A stretch of 62,519 bases of DNA from an uncultured bacterium (GTDB lineage Bacteria > Armatimonadota > Hebobacteria > CAYNSX01), in contig CAYNSX010000003.1 in NCBI GenBank assembly GCA_964400165.1, positions 1-62,519 on the forward strand, written 5' to 3'. How positions within the stretch are numbered: position 1 is the first letter of the stretch; each line of letters starts with the position of its first letter. Below the pieces are notes generated by a model. That model saw only the letters and a list, made by a program, of their open reading frames with translations, did no database searches and was not told the origin of the DNA. The translations under genes and the position numbers were made by a program. Positions 1 to 9,101 of this stretch are shown here, piece after piece.

Positions 1-23
1 GTGCCGAGAATCATCAGCGCCAT
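1..23 (-). CDS. 5' fragment of a gene continuing beyond the left edge (MALMILG...), product unknown
   Basis: ATG at 23 on the minus strand, with a GAGGAG Shine-Dalgarno just upstream that overlaps the ALDH stop region; only 7 codons visible. Confidence 0.45.
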
Positions 24-35
24 GTCATCGCCTCC

Positions 36-1514
36 TCAAATGCCGAATGGGTTGATCGGCCGGCTGCCGTGATAGATGAGCACATTCTTCGTCTCGGTGT
101 ACGAACGAATCGTCTCGAGCGCATGTTCGCGCCCGAAGCCGGAGTGTTTGTAGCCGCCGAAGGGCATGCCCGGCATCGTGGTGAACGGGGTGTTGAGACC
201 GATGGTGCCCGCCTGAAGCGCGGCGGCGACGCGGTGGCCGCGGCGCAGGTCGTTCGTCCAGACGCTGGCGGCGAGGCCGTAGCGCGAGTCATTGGCGAGC
301 GCGATGGCTTCATCCTCGGACTCGAAGCGCTGGAAGACGGCGACCGGACCGAAGATTTCTTCCTGCGCCACCGTCATCTTGGGGTTGACGCCGTCGAGGG
401 CTGTCGGCGCGTAAAAATTGCCCTTGCCCGGGAGCGCCATTCCGCCGCAGGCGACGCGTGCGCCCTCCTTCACGCCGGCCTTCACATAGCCGTCGACCCG
501 CTCGAGGTGACCAGGGGAGATGAGTGCGCCGACATGCGTGCTCTCGTCGAGGGGGTCGCCGACTTTGAGCGCCTGTGCCCGCTCGATGAACAGGGTGACC
601 ACTTGATCGTAGACGCTCGCCTCGATGAGCACGCGGGAGCGCGCCTCGCACGATTGCCCCGCCGAGTAATAGATGCTCCACACCGCGGCCGAGACGGCCT
701 CGTCCAGACTCGCGTCGGCGAAAATGAGGTTCGGCGACTTGCCGCCGAGTTCGAGCGTGACGCGCTTGATGGTGCCGGCGGCGTGCTGCATCACGCGCTG
801 GCCGGTGGTCGTCTCGCCGGTGAAACTGACCTTGTTCACATCGGGGTGCGCGACGAGATAGTCCCCCACGACGCCGCCGGAGCCAGTGATGACATTGACA
901 ACGCCCGCGGGAATGCCGGCTTCGAGCGTCAATTCACCGAGCACCAGTGCGGTGAGCGGCGTGAGCGAGGCGGGCTTGAGCACGACCGTGTTGCCCGCGG
1001 CGAGGGCGGGAGCAAGTTTCCACGAGGCGAGCATCAGCGGGTAGTTCCAGGGGATGATGAGCGCGCAGACTCCGACGGGCTCACGCAGCGTGTAATCGAG
1101 GAAGCCCTTGGGCGCCGGGATGGTAGCGCCGGACAATTCACTCATGGCGCCGGCGTAGAGTTCGAAATCTTCGATGGACTGGTTGAGTTCGAGTTTGACA
1201 GATGAGATGGCCTTGCCGTTGTTGAGCGTTTCGAGGCGGGCGAGGTCGTTGAACCGGTCGCGCATCAACCCGGCGAGTTTGAACAGCGCCCGGCTGCGGG
1301 CGAGCGGCGCGAAGCGCGCCCACTTGCCGGTCAGCGCGGCCTTGGCGCTGGAGACCGCATGCTCGGCGTCTTCGGCGACCGCCCGCGAGACGCGCGCCAG
1401 CGGCTCGTTGGTAGCGGGATTGTGCACCTCATAGGTCTCGCCGGCGGCGCTGGGCTTCGATTCGCCGTTGATGAACAGGTGGTAGTCGGTGCGTTCGAGC
1501 GATGCGGCGGCCAT
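36..1514 (-). CDS. NAD(P)+-dependent aldehyde dehydrogenase in the paa cluster
   Basis: 492 aa; IIPWNYP, KPASLTP, FTGETTTG, catalytic Glu in LELGGKSP, catalytic Cys in GQSCEA, EEIFGPV, PFGGYKHSGFGRE. Confidence 0.93.
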   Translation of the reverse strand: MAAASLERTDYHLFINGESKPSAAGETYEVHNPATNEPLARVSRAVAEDAEHAVSSAKAALTGKWARFAPLARSRALFKLAGLMRDRFNDLARLETLNNGKAISSVKLELNQSIEDFELYAGAMSELSGATIPAPKGFLDYTLREPVGVCALIIPWNYPLMLASWKLAPALAAGNTVVLKPASLTPLTALVLGELTLEAGIPAGVVNVITGSGGVVGDYLVAHPDVNKVSFTGETTTGQRVMQHAAGTIKRVTLELGGKSPNLIFADASLDEAVSAAVWSIYYSAGQSCEARSRVLIEASVYDQVVTLFIERAQALKVGDPLDESTHVGALISPGHLERVDGYVKAGVKEGARVACGGMALPGKGNFYAPTALDGVNPKMTVAQEEIFGPVAVFQRFESEDEAIALANDSRYGLAASVWTNDLRRGHRVAAALQAGTIGLNTPFTTMPGMPFGGYKHSGFGREHALETIRSYTETKNVLIYHGSRPINPFGI

Positions 1515-1580
1515 CCCGGTCTCCGATGCTTGATGGTATTACGACGCGCGGTCGGTGAGTCCTGTCCGGGACTGCCCGAA

Positions 1581-1706
1581 CCGTCCTCACCCGGCCCCGG
1601 CGTTGCCGGGGCCACCCTCTCCCGAACTGGGAGAGGGAACTGATGCGACTATCTCTGTTGGTTCCCCCTCTCCCAGTTCGGGAGGGGGGTCAGGGGGTGA
1701 GGACGG
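1581..1706. repeat. Palindromic REP-like element, family B, copy 1
   Basis: Terminal inverted repeat CCGTCCTCACCC...GGGGTGAGGACGG; internal hairpins CCCTCTCCC-GAACT-GGGAGAGGG and CCCCCTCTCCC-AGTTC-GGGAGGGGGG; near-identical to 5511-5635. Confidence 0.85.
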
Positions 1707-1712
1707 ACAGAA

Positions 1713-2921
1713 TCACGGCCCCGCCAGGTTCTCGAACACCGCGGCGATGCCCTGGCCGACGCCGATGCACATGGTGACGAGGCCGTAGCGGCCCTGGCGG
1801 CGGCGCAGTTCGTGCAGCAGCGTCGTCGTCAGGCGGGCGCCGGTGCTGCCGAGCGGGTGGCCAAGCGCGATGGCGCCGCCGCTGACATTCAGGCGCGCCC
1901 GGTCGAGGTCGAGTTCCTGCACGCACGCCAGCACCTGCACCGCAAAGGCCTCGTTGAGTTCGATGAGGTCCATGTCTTCGATTTTCAGTCCGGCGCGCCG
2001 GAGCGCCTTGCGTGTCGCGGGCACGGGGCCGATGCCCATGCACGCCGGATCGACACCGGCGACCGCGGAGGCGACTACGCGCGCCAGCGGCTGCATTCCG
2101 AGCGCCTTGGCCTTCTCCGCGCTCATCAGCAAGAGCGCGGCGGCGCCGTCGTTCAGGCCGGCGGAGTTGCCGGCGGTGACGGAGCCGCTCTCGCGGAAGA
2201 CCGGCTTCAGTTTCGCCAGTTTCTCAAGCGAGGTGTCGCGGCGCGGGCCCTCGTCGGCGGTGACGGTGGTCTTCTCGCCGCGGGCGTCCTTTACTTCGAC
2301 GGGCACGATCTCGTCCGCGAAGCGGCCCGCGTCCTGCGCGGCGACGGCGCGTCGGTGGCTTTCGAGCGCGTACTCGTCCTGCGCCTCGCGCGCAATCTTC
2401 CAGCGCTCCGCCACATTCTCCGCGGTCTCGCCCATCGAATACGGGTAGTACTGCGCCGCCAGCGCCGGGTTGGTGAAGCGCCAGCCGAGCGCGGTGTCAT
2501 ATACGGGCACCTGCCCGCGGGGGAACGGCGTCTCTGCCTTCGGCATCGCCCACGGCGCCCTGGTCATGCTCTCGGTGCCGCCGGCGATGAAGCAGTCGCC
2601 GTTGCCGGTCTGGATGGCCTGCGCCGCCCGGATGACGGCGTCGAGACCGCTGCCGCACAGGCGGTTGACCGTCAGCCCGGCGACTTCGACGGGCAGCCCG
2701 GCGAGCAGAATGCACATCCGGGCGACATTGCGGTTGTCTTCGCCCGCCTGATTGGCGCAGCCGAGGATGACATCCTCGATGTCGGCGGGCGGAACCTTCG
2801 TGCGGGCGACAAGTTCCCGAATGACAAGGGCGCCAAGGTCGTCGGGGCGCACATCCTTGAGTACGCCGCCGTATTTTCCCACCGGCGTGCGCACGGCCCC
2901 CACGATGACGGCATCGGGCAT
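1713..2921 (-). CDS. paaJ: 3-oxoadipyl-CoA/3-oxo-5,6-dehydrosuberyl-CoA thiolase (PaaJ/PcaF type)
   Basis: 402 aa; [16 protein letters not shown], catalytic Cys in NRLCGSG, NEAFA, GHPLG, CIGVGQG; located in the paa cluster. Confidence 0.88.
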   Translation of the reverse strand: MPDAVIVGAVRTPVGKYGGVLKDVRPDDLGALVIRELVARTKVPPADIEDVILGCANQAGEDNRNVARMCILLAGLPVEVAGLTVNRLCGSGLDAVIRAAQAIQTGNGDCFIAGGTESMTRAPWAMPKAETPFPRGQVPVYDTALGWRFTNPALAAQYYPYSMGETAENVAERWKIAREAQDEYALESHRRAVAAQDAGRFADEIVPVEVKDARGEKTTVTADEGPRRDTSLEKLAKLKPVFRESGSVTAGNSAGLNDGAAALLLMSAEKAKALGMQPLARVVASAVAGVDPACMGIGPVPATRKALRRAGLKIEDMDLIELNEAFAVQVLACVQELDLDRARLNVSGGAIALGHPLGSTGARLTTTLLHELRRRQGRYGLVTMCIGVGQGIAAVFENLAGP

Positions 2922-2931
2922 ACGGGGCAGT

Positions 2932-3894
2932 CTAGCCGCCGCGGGCGGGGCTCGCCAGCGCGGGCTCGGCCACGGGCGTGAAACGCACCGCCTGTTCGTC
3001 GCCGAAGCGGCGCGGGAAGACTTCGGGGTGGAGGATTTGCGCGAGAAGTTCGAGCCCGTCGACGAGCCGCGGGCCCGGTCGTGAGAAATAGGCGGAGCCG
3101 TGCGTCACCCAGATGTCGCCGCGCTGGACCGCGGGTAGTCCTTTCCACTCTGGTCTTTGCGCGAGTTGGCGCACATCGTCGAGCGAGCGCGGCACATCGA
3201 AGCCGCAAAACATACACACGAGGACTTCCGGCTGCGCGGCGACGACCTGCTCCCACTTGACGCGCCGCGAATCGACGCCGGGTGCGCCGAGCGCTTCGAC
3301 GCCGCCCGCCATTTCGACCATCCCCGGCACCCAGTGACCGGCGCAGAAGGGCGGGTCAGCCCACTCGAGGCAGACGACCCCCGGGCGGTGAGTGCCGCCC
3401 CAGGCGCCGACGCGCACCGCCTCGATGCGCGCTTGCAACGCGGCGACGACCGGCTCGGCGCGCTCCGGCGCGCCGACCGCCTGCGCCACTTGTTCGATGG
3501 ATGAGACGACATCTTCGAGCGAAGTCGGTTCCAGGTTGACGACGAGCGGCCGGGGGTTCAGGCGCTCGGCGACGGCGGCCACTTCGTCGTAGGGCACCGC
3601 GCAGACATCACACAGGCGCTGCGTCAAAATGACGGTCGGCTTCAGTTCGGCGAGCGCGGCCTCGTCGATGGCGTAGAGGCGGCCCTGGTGCTCGCTGACC
3701 AGATGGTCGATGGTGGCGCTGTCGCTGCCGTCGGGGATGTAACTCTTCGTGACCGCCCGCTTGCTGCGCGCCGCGGGCGGGAAGTCGCATTCGTGCGTGA
3801 CGCCGACCAACGCCTCGCCCAGCCCGAGCGCGAACACGATTTCGGTGGCGGAGGGGAGGAGGGAGACGATGCGCGAAGTTGACATCGTCCGCAT
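2932..3894 (-). CDS. BtuF-like / class III ABC substrate-binding ('cobalamin-binding') protein with no signal peptide
   Basis: [36 protein letters not shown]; start placed at ATG 3894 (or 3885) because the longer ORF start lies inside a repeat. Confidence 0.8.
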   Translation of the reverse strand: MRTMSTSRIVSLLPSATEIVFALGLGEALVGVTHECDFPPAARSKRAVTKSYIPDGSDSATIDHLVSEHQGRLYAIDEAALAELKPTVILTQRLCDVCAVPYDEVAAVAERLNPRPLVVNLEPTSLEDVVSSIEQVAQAVGAPERAEPVVAALQARIEAVRVGAWGGTHRPGVVCLEWADPPFCAGHWVPGMVEMAGGVEALGAPGVDSRRVKWEQVVAAQPEVLVCMFCGFDVPRSLDDVRQLAQRPEWKGLPAVQRGDIWVTHGSAYFSRPGPRLVDGLELLAQILHPEVFPRRFGDEQAVRFTPVAEPALASPARGG

Positions 3895-3899
3895 TGTAT

Positions 3900-4044
3900 C
3901 CCGGCGCTGAAAGCGCCGGGCTACAAGAACATCGCCCCATGAATGGGGCGGCACCGCGGATTAGTTGCAAGAACGGGATCGCATCAAGTGTTGAGCCGGC
4001 TTCAGCCGGCGTTGTTTTGTTAGCCCGGCCCTTTCAGGGCCGGG
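3900..4044. repeat. REP/REPIN-like element, family A, copy 1 (145 bp)
   Basis: Four hairpins: CCCGGCGCT-GAA-AGCGCCGGG, GCCCCAT-GA-ATGGGGC, GCCGGCT-TC-AGCCGGC, CCCGGCCCT-TTC-AGGGCCGGG; GTAG precedes the outer hairpin on the minus strand. Confidence 0.9.
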
Positions 4045-4066
4045 TCGGACGATGCGCCGATTCATC

Positions 4067-4211
4067 CCCGGCGCTGAAAGCGCCGGGCTACAAGAACATC
4101 GCCCCATGAATGGGGCGGCACCGCGGATTAGTTGCAAGAACGGGATCGCATCAAGTGTTGAGCCGGCTTCAGCCGGCGTTGTTTTGTTAGCCCGGCCCTT
4201 TCAGGGCCGGG
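4067..4211. repeat. REP/REPIN-like element, family A, copy 2 (exact tandem copy of 3900-4044)
   Basis: Base-for-base identical to 3900-4044 at an offset of 167, with a 22-bp gap. Confidence 0.92.
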
Positions 4212-4229
4212 ACACTGCGCGTCAACTGA

Positions 4230-5297
4230 TTACGCCTCCCACTCCCAAGGGCTCTCCGGCCAGTTGGCGCCGAGGCGCATCGCGGTGGCGATGTCGTCGC
4301 GGGTGGCGATGCCTTCGTCGGCGACGCGGGTCGCTTCGGCGACCAGTGCGGCGCGGATGCGCTGCTGGATGTGGCGGGCGTCGAGCGATGTGCTCCCCTC
4401 CCCCACCAGCCCAGGCGGCAGCGGCGCGGGGCCGATCGGCTTCTCGCTCTGGTCGTATTGATAGAAGCCGATGCGCGTCTTGCGGCCCAGCCGGCTCTCC
4501 GCAACGAGGCGCCGCTGGATGGGGTGCGGCGCAAAATCGGCGCGGCCGGTGGCGTCGTTGACGGTCTTCGTCACCGCCAAATTGACATCGAGGCCGATCA
4601 GGTCCATCAATTCGAACGGGCCCATCTTGAAGCCGAGGGCGCGCACCGCGGCGTCAATCTCCGCGATGCCGGCGCCGCCCTCGGCGAGGATGCGCATTGC
4701 TTCGAGGTAGAACGGGCGCATCACCCGGTTGACGATGAAGCCGGGCGTGTCCTTGACCACCACCGGCGTCTTCTGCAGCGCCCGCACGACGGCGAGCGCG
4801 GCGGCGATGCTCTCATCGCTCGTCTGCGGCGCCCGCACCACTTCGACGAGCGGCATCAGGGCGGGCGGGTTGAAGAAGTGCAGGCCGAGTACGCGCTGCG
4901 GCTTCTTGCAGACACCCGCGATCTTCGTCACCGAGAGCGCCGAAGTGTTCGTGGCGAGCAGGCCGGCGGCGTTGACGCTATCGAGTTCGCGGAAGACCGC
5001 CCGCTTTAGTTCCAGGTCTTCGAAGACGGCCTCGATGACGACCGCGCATTCCGCCAGGTCTTTGACTTCAAGCGCGGGCTGCAGCCGCCCGTAGGCGGCG
5101 TCGGCGTCCTCTTGCGTCAACATCCCCCGCTCCACCAACCGCGCCAAGCGGGCGCGGATGTGCTCGACGCCCTGCGCGGCGAGCGTCGGGTTGGCATCGC
5201 GCACCAGCACATCGAAGCCGCACTGCGCCGCCCACTGGGCGATGCCGCCGCCCATCGTGCCGGTGCCGATGACGGCGATGGGATGAGTTTCGATCAT
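4230..5297 (-). CDS. paaH: 3-hydroxyacyl-CoA dehydrogenase (PaaH type)
   Basis: 355 aa; GTGTMGGGIA Rossmann motif, EAVFEDLELK, ATNTSALS, GLHFFNP, PGFIVNR, MGPFELMDLIGLD. Confidence 0.85.
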   Translation of the reverse strand: MIETHPIAVIGTGTMGGGIAQWAAQCGFDVLVRDANPTLAAQGVEHIRARLARLVERGMLTQEDADAAYGRLQPALEVKDLAECAVVIEAVFEDLELKRAVFRELDSVNAAGLLATNTSALSVTKIAGVCKKPQRVLGLHFFNPPALMPLVEVVRAPQTSDESIAAALAVVRALQKTPVVVKDTPGFIVNRVMRPFYLEAMRILAEGGAGIAEIDAAVRALGFKMGPFELMDLIGLDVNLAVTKTVNDATGRADFAPHPIQRRLVAESRLGRKTRIGFYQYDQSEKPIGPAPLPPGLVGEGSTSLDARHIQQRIRAALVAEATRVADEGIATRDDIATAMRLGANWPESPWEWEA

Positions 5298-5358
5298 GGC
5301 GAGGTGAGTCTAGCAGAGGGCGATGAATGATGATTGATGAATGATGATTCACGAGCGA

Positions 5359-5500
5359 CCCGGCGCTGAAAGCGCCGGGCTAGGAAAACACCGCCCCATG
5401 AATGGGGCGGAACTGAACCACCTTATGTGACCCGCTCTGTGAGTCGTCACGCCGGCTTCAGCCGGCGTTGTTCTGTTAGCCTGGCCACTTCATGGCCGGG
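5359..5500. repeat. REP/REPIN-like element, family A, copy 3 (diverged)
   Basis: Same left hairpins CCCGGCGCTGAAAGCGCCGGG and GCCCCATGAATGGGGC; right hairpins GCCGGCTTCAGCCGGC and CCTGGCCACTTCATGGCCGGG; different central spacer. Confidence 0.88.
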
Positions 5501-5510
5501 TTGCTCGTTT

Positions 5511-5635
5511 CGTCCTCACCCGCCCTGCGCTGCGCTCCGGGCACCCTCTCCCGAACTGGGAGAGGGAACAGATGTCTTTGCCTCCGTTGGTTCCCCCTCT
5601 CCCTGTTCGGGAGAGGGGGTCAGGGGGTGAGGACG
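5511..5635. repeat. Palindromic REP-like element, family B, copy 2
   Basis: CGTCCTCACCC...CACCCTCTCCCGAACTGGGAGAGGGAAC...GTTGGTTCCCCCTCTCCC...GGGAGAGGGGGTCAGGGGGTGAGGACG; matches 1581-1706. Confidence 0.85.
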
Positions 5636-5642
5636 GAGGCAT

Positions 5643-5782
5643 CCGGCGCTGAAAGCGCCGGGCTAGGAAAACACCGCCCCATGAATGGGGCGAAACTGCA
5701 CTCCCCTACGCGACACGCGGTTTGAGTCGTCGAGCCGGCTTCAGCCAGCGTTGTCTTACTAGCCCGGCACTTCAGGGCCGGG
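5643..5782. repeat. REP/REPIN-like element, family A, copy 4 (diverged)
   Basis: CCGGCGCTGAAAGCGCCGGGCTAGGAAAACACCGCCCCATGAATGGGGCG ... GAGCCGGCTTCAGCCAGCG ... TAGCCCGGCACTTCAGGGCCGGG. Confidence 0.88.
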
Positions 5783-5783
5783 C

Positions 5784-6566
5784 TCATTCGCCCCGAAACT
5801 TCGGCTCTCGCTTTTCGAAGAAGGCCTGCACGCCTTCGTGGTGGTCGTGCGAGCGGCCGGCGATCTCCTGCAGGTAGGCCTCGTATTCGAGTTGGGCGGC
5901 GAGGTCGTTGGCGAAGGCAGCGTTCATCGCCCGCTTGACGAGGCCGAAGGCCTTGGTGGGGCCTCTCGCCAGCGTCGCGGCCATCTGCTGCGCGGCGGGC
6001 AGCACTTCGGCGGCGGGCACGACTTTATTGACGAACCCCCAGGCCAGCGCCTGCTCGGCGCTGATGCGCCCGCCGAAGAAAGCGACTTCGAGCGCCCGCG
6101 ACAGCCCCAGTTGCCGCAGCCAATGGAAGGTGCTGCCCGAATCGGGGACGAGCGCGACTTTGTCGAAGGCGGGCACGAGCGACGCTTCGGCGGCCATCAC
6201 CTTCAGGTCGCAGGCGAGCGCGGTGGCGAAGCCGGCGCCTGCGGCGACGCCGTTGATGGCGGCGATGACGGGCTTCTCCATCGTGCGGAGGCCGAGAATC
6301 ATCGGGTGATAGCGGCCGCGCAGGGCGGCGCCGAGCGTCAGTTCCGCTTCGCCGGCGTGCGAGGAGAGGTCCTCGCCGGCGCTGAAGGCGCGCCCGGCGC
6401 CGGTGAGTACCAAGCAGCGCACGGCGCGGTCCTTGGCGGCGTCGCGCAGGGCGGCGTTCACCTCACCGCCCATCTGGTCGTTGAAGGAATTGAGTTTGTC
6501 GGGGCGGTTGAGCGTCAGCGTGGCGACGCCGTCGGTGACTTCATAGAGGATCACTTCGAATTTCAT
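5784..6566 (-). CDS. paaG: Enoyl-CoA hydratase/isomerase, PaaG (1,2-epoxyphenylacetyl-CoA isomerase) type
   Basis: 260 aa crotonase; TLNRPDKLNSF, GRAFSAGEDL, NGVAAGAG, LVPDSGS (PaaG-type Asp), QLEYEAYLQEIAGRSHDHHEGVQAF. Confidence 0.8.
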   Translation of the reverse strand: MKFEVILYEVTDGVATLTLNRPDKLNSFNDQMGGEVNAALRDAAKDRAVRCLVLTGAGRAFSAGEDLSSHAGEAELTLGAALRGRYHPMILGLRTMEKPVIAAINGVAAGAGFATALACDLKVMAAEASLVPAFDKVALVPDSGSTFHWLRQLGLSRALEVAFFGGRISAEQALAWGFVNKVVPAAEVLPAAQQMAATLARGPTKAFGLVKRAMNAAFANDLAAQLEYEAYLQEIAGRSHDHHEGVQAFFEKREPKFRGE

Positions 6567-7030
6567 TTCTTTCCCGCCTTTTCAATGAACTTTCGGAGAC
6601 TCGAAAGTCGATAGTGTCCCTTTCGTTGCAATTCTTTCTTCGCCGCAACCGTCAAGTTCAGGTCTCCCCATTTTTTAATTGCGGCACCGAACCGCTCTAG
6701 AGCCTCCACTCCACCGATCCACAGAATCCGTGGCGCAGATGAGATGCGGCCGAAGCGCTCCACGCAGACCAGGATCCATTCTTCGGGACATTCACTGATG
6801 CGTTTGTAGTTGAAGCCCGTTGGATAGTGTCCCTTTCCTCCTACGAGCCCTTTCACCTGAACCTGGTAATAGCGGCGAGACCTCCCGCTGCTCACTGAAA
6901 TCAAGAAATCGACTCCCTCGTCATCGACCATCGGGCGAAACACCCGAAGCCCCGCGTCCAAGAGTGCCGCGGCGACATAACTCTCCGCCAAAGCACCCTT
7001 CCACTGTGAACTCGGTTCCGGCTTGCGCAT
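6563..7030 (-). CDS. Small PD-(D/E)XK endonuclease-like protein, about 155 aa
   Basis: KGALAESYVAAAL (helix Glu), VDDEGVDFLI (PD motif), YQVQVKG (QxK); AT-richer than flanks (28/60 GC in line 6601); stop overlaps paaG start (ATGA). Confidence 0.75.
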   Translation of the reverse strand: MRKPEPSSQWKGALAESYVAAALLDAGLRVFRPMVDDEGVDFLISVSSGRSRRYYQVQVKGLVGGKGHYPTGFNYKRISECPEEWILVCVERFGRISSAPRILWIGGVEALERFGAAIKKWGDLNLTVAAKKELQRKGHYRLSSLRKFIEKAGKK

Positions 7031-7043
7031 GGTCACCAAAGGC

Positions 7044-8216
7044 TCAGAACACCCTTTGCAGCCAGCCGCGCTCCCACCAGTCGGCGGCGGCGAGCAGGTG
7101 CGGCGTCGGCTCGAGGAGTTGCACCGCCGGGCCGCCGTCGGCGAAGAAATCGCCCGCGACGGCGCCCGCGTCGCGCCAGCTGGTCTGGACATAACACAGC
7201 CCACTGGCGTCGAAACGCGCTTCGGGCTGCTTGCCGGTGATTTCGGCGGCGATGTTCTCGGCGACGGTTGTGCCGGCAGCCGCGGCGAAGACCGCCGACT
7301 TCGGCAGCGGCTTCGGGCCGCTGGTTGGGATGCTGGTGCAGTCGCCGATGGCGTAGACGCGTTCGAAGTCGGTCGCCAGCGTGCGCTGCTGCACCTTGAT
7401 CCAGCCGCCCTCGCAGCCGAAGGCGTCGCGCACGACCGGCGGCGCGGCGTGCGGCGGGATGAGCAGCAAGAAGTGAAACTTGAACGACGCGCCGTTCTCG
7501 AAGTTCACATACTTGCGGGTGATGTCGATGTCCTTGATGGCGTGGCCGGGATGGAAGGCGATGCCAACCTCGCTCAACATCGCCTGCATGCGCTCGCTCC
7601 CCGCATCGGGCAGCGTCGGGAGCGCCCGCGCTTCTGGCGTGAACAGGTGCATCCGCACGCGCACGCGATGGTCGCGCCACTTGAACAGCCAGTGCAGCAT
7701 CATCCCGATTTCGTACGGCGCGGGCGGGCACTGGTAGGGCGTGCCGGCGATGATGATGAGTAGTTCGCCGCCATCGAAGGTGTCGAGGAACGCGCCGGTG
7801 GCGATGGCGCCGTCGAGCGAATACGGCGTGTGAATGGGCAGCGGGTCGCCGCCTTCTTTGTGCACATCGAGGCCGGGGATGCGCTGCGGCTCCAGCGCTG
7901 CGCCGAGCGACACGACCAGGTAATCGGCGCGCAGTTCCTCGTCGCCGAGGCGGATGGCGCGCGCCTTCGGGTCGATCGCCGTCACCTCGGCCTGGCGGAA
8001 GTCGATGTTGCGCTTCGCCAGGTCATTGAGATCGCGCACGATGTCGGCGGGGCGCTTGGTGCCGAGCATCACGCCCACCTTTGAGTGGCCGAGGTTGTGG
8101 CGCTTGTCCTTAGCGACGAGCGTGATGTTGTGTTCCGCGCCGAGGAGCGCTCGCAGGCGCGTCGCCGCGGTGACGCCGCCCGGTCCGCCGCCGAGCACGA
8201 GGATGTTGGCGCCCAT
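7044..8216 (-). CDS. FAD-dependent oxidoreductase, sulfide:quinone oxidoreductase/FCSD-like family
   Basis: 390 aa; ILVLGGGPGG, YQCPPAPYE, VYAIGDC, LPKSAVFA, GLCYVQ; start overlaps paaF stop. Confidence 0.85.
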   Translation of the reverse strand: MGANILVLGGGPGGVTAATRLRALLGAEHNITLVAKDKRHNLGHSKVGVMLGTKRPADIVRDLNDLAKRNIDFRQAEVTAIDPKARAIRLGDEELRADYLVVSLGAALEPQRIPGLDVHKEGGDPLPIHTPYSLDGAIATGAFLDTFDGGELLIIIAGTPYQCPPAPYEIGMMLHWLFKWRDHRVRVRMHLFTPEARALPTLPDAGSERMQAMLSEVGIAFHPGHAIKDIDITRKYVNFENGASFKFHFLLLIPPHAAPPVVRDAFGCEGGWIKVQQRTLATDFERVYAIGDCTSIPTSGPKPLPKSAVFAAAAGTTVAENIAAEITGKQPEARFDASGLCYVQTSWRDAGAVAGDFFADGGPAVQLLEPTPHLLAAADWWERGWLQRVF

Positions 8217-9004
8217 CAGTCCCCCGTGAACTCCGGCTTGCGCTTCTCGAAGAAGGCGTCCATGCCCTCTTTCTGGTCGCTCGTCGAGAAGAGGAGATAG
8301 AACATCCGGCGCTCGTAGTCGAGGCCCGCTTCGAGACTGGTATCGAAGGCCTTGAGCACCGACTCTTTCGCCGCCCGGATGGCGACGGGCGACTTGGCCG
8401 CAATCTCCTCCGCCAGTTTGCGCGCCTCCAGCATCAGCACTTCTTTCGGCACGACGCGCGTCACCAGCCCGCGCGCCCAGGCCTCTTTCGCCGGCAGGCG
8501 GACGCCGGTCATCACCATCTCCATCGCCTTTGCCTTGCCGATGGCGCGGGTCAGGCGCTGCGTCCCGCCGGCGCCGGGGATAACGCCGATGTTGATCTCC
8601 GGCTGGGCGAAGAAGGCGTCCTCGGCGGCGACTATGAGGTCGCAGGCCATCGCCAGTTCGCAGCCGCCGCCCACCGCATAGCCGGCGACTGCGGCGATGA
8701 TGGGCTTGCCGATCTTGCGCAGCCGCTCCCAGCGCATCCCGAACGGCCCGCGCAGGAACTCGGCGGGCGTGTGGTGGTGCATCTCCTTGATGTCGGCGCC
8801 GGCGGAAAAGAAGTCGGGCCCGCCGGTGACGATCATCACGCGGATAGCCGGGTCCCGGTCGAAGCGTTCGAGCGCCGCCACCAGCGCCTCCATCGTCTCG
8901 CCGTTGATGGCGTTGCGCACCTGCGGGCGGTTGATGGTGACGAGGCCGAGGCGGCCCTCGGCGGCGGTCAGGATGACATCAGCGGGTGCGGCGGCGGCGG
9001 GCAT
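8216..9004 (-). CDS. paaF: Enoyl-CoA hydratase (PaaF type)
   Basis: 262 aa; FSAGADIKE, both catalytic Glu (GGGCELA, QPEINIG), PGAGGTQRL, DQKEGMDAFFEKRKP. Confidence 0.83.
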   Translation of the reverse strand: MPAAAAPADVILTAAEGRLGLVTINRPQVRNAINGETMEALVAALERFDRDPAIRVMIVTGGPDFFSAGADIKEMHHHTPAEFLRGPFGMRWERLRKIGKPIIAAVAGYAVGGGCELAMACDLIVAAEDAFFAQPEINIGVIPGAGGTQRLTRAIGKAKAMEMVMTGVRLPAKEAWARGLVTRVVPKEVLMLEARKLAEEIAAKSPVAIRAAKESVLKAFDTSLEAGLDYERRMFYLLFSTSDQKEGMDAFFEKRKPEFTGD

Positions 9005-9101
9005 AGGCGCTCCTTCGCTATCGAAGGCAGATTCCGTAGAGGCTGGCAGATTCCTGCGAATCGGGGAGATGAGCGAGGAGAGATGAGAGAGAAAAGCGGG
9101 G

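Noticed and set aside
3895-4229. Possible cobalamin riboswitch upstream of the BtuF-like gene
   Set aside because: The region is fully accounted for by the two family-A repeats; no B12-box is recognisable
4230-5297. paaH shorter than E. coli PaaH, possible pseudogene
   Set aside because: All catalytic and NAD-binding motifs are intact, there is no frameshift, and it ends with a coherent C-terminal helix segment and stop
3900-5782. Repeat array as a possible CRISPR or integron attC array
   Set aside because: Units are about 145 bp with four hairpins, have no 25-45-bp unique spacers and no cas or integrase genes, and lack RYYYAAC/GTTRRRY ends; they fit REP/REPIN better
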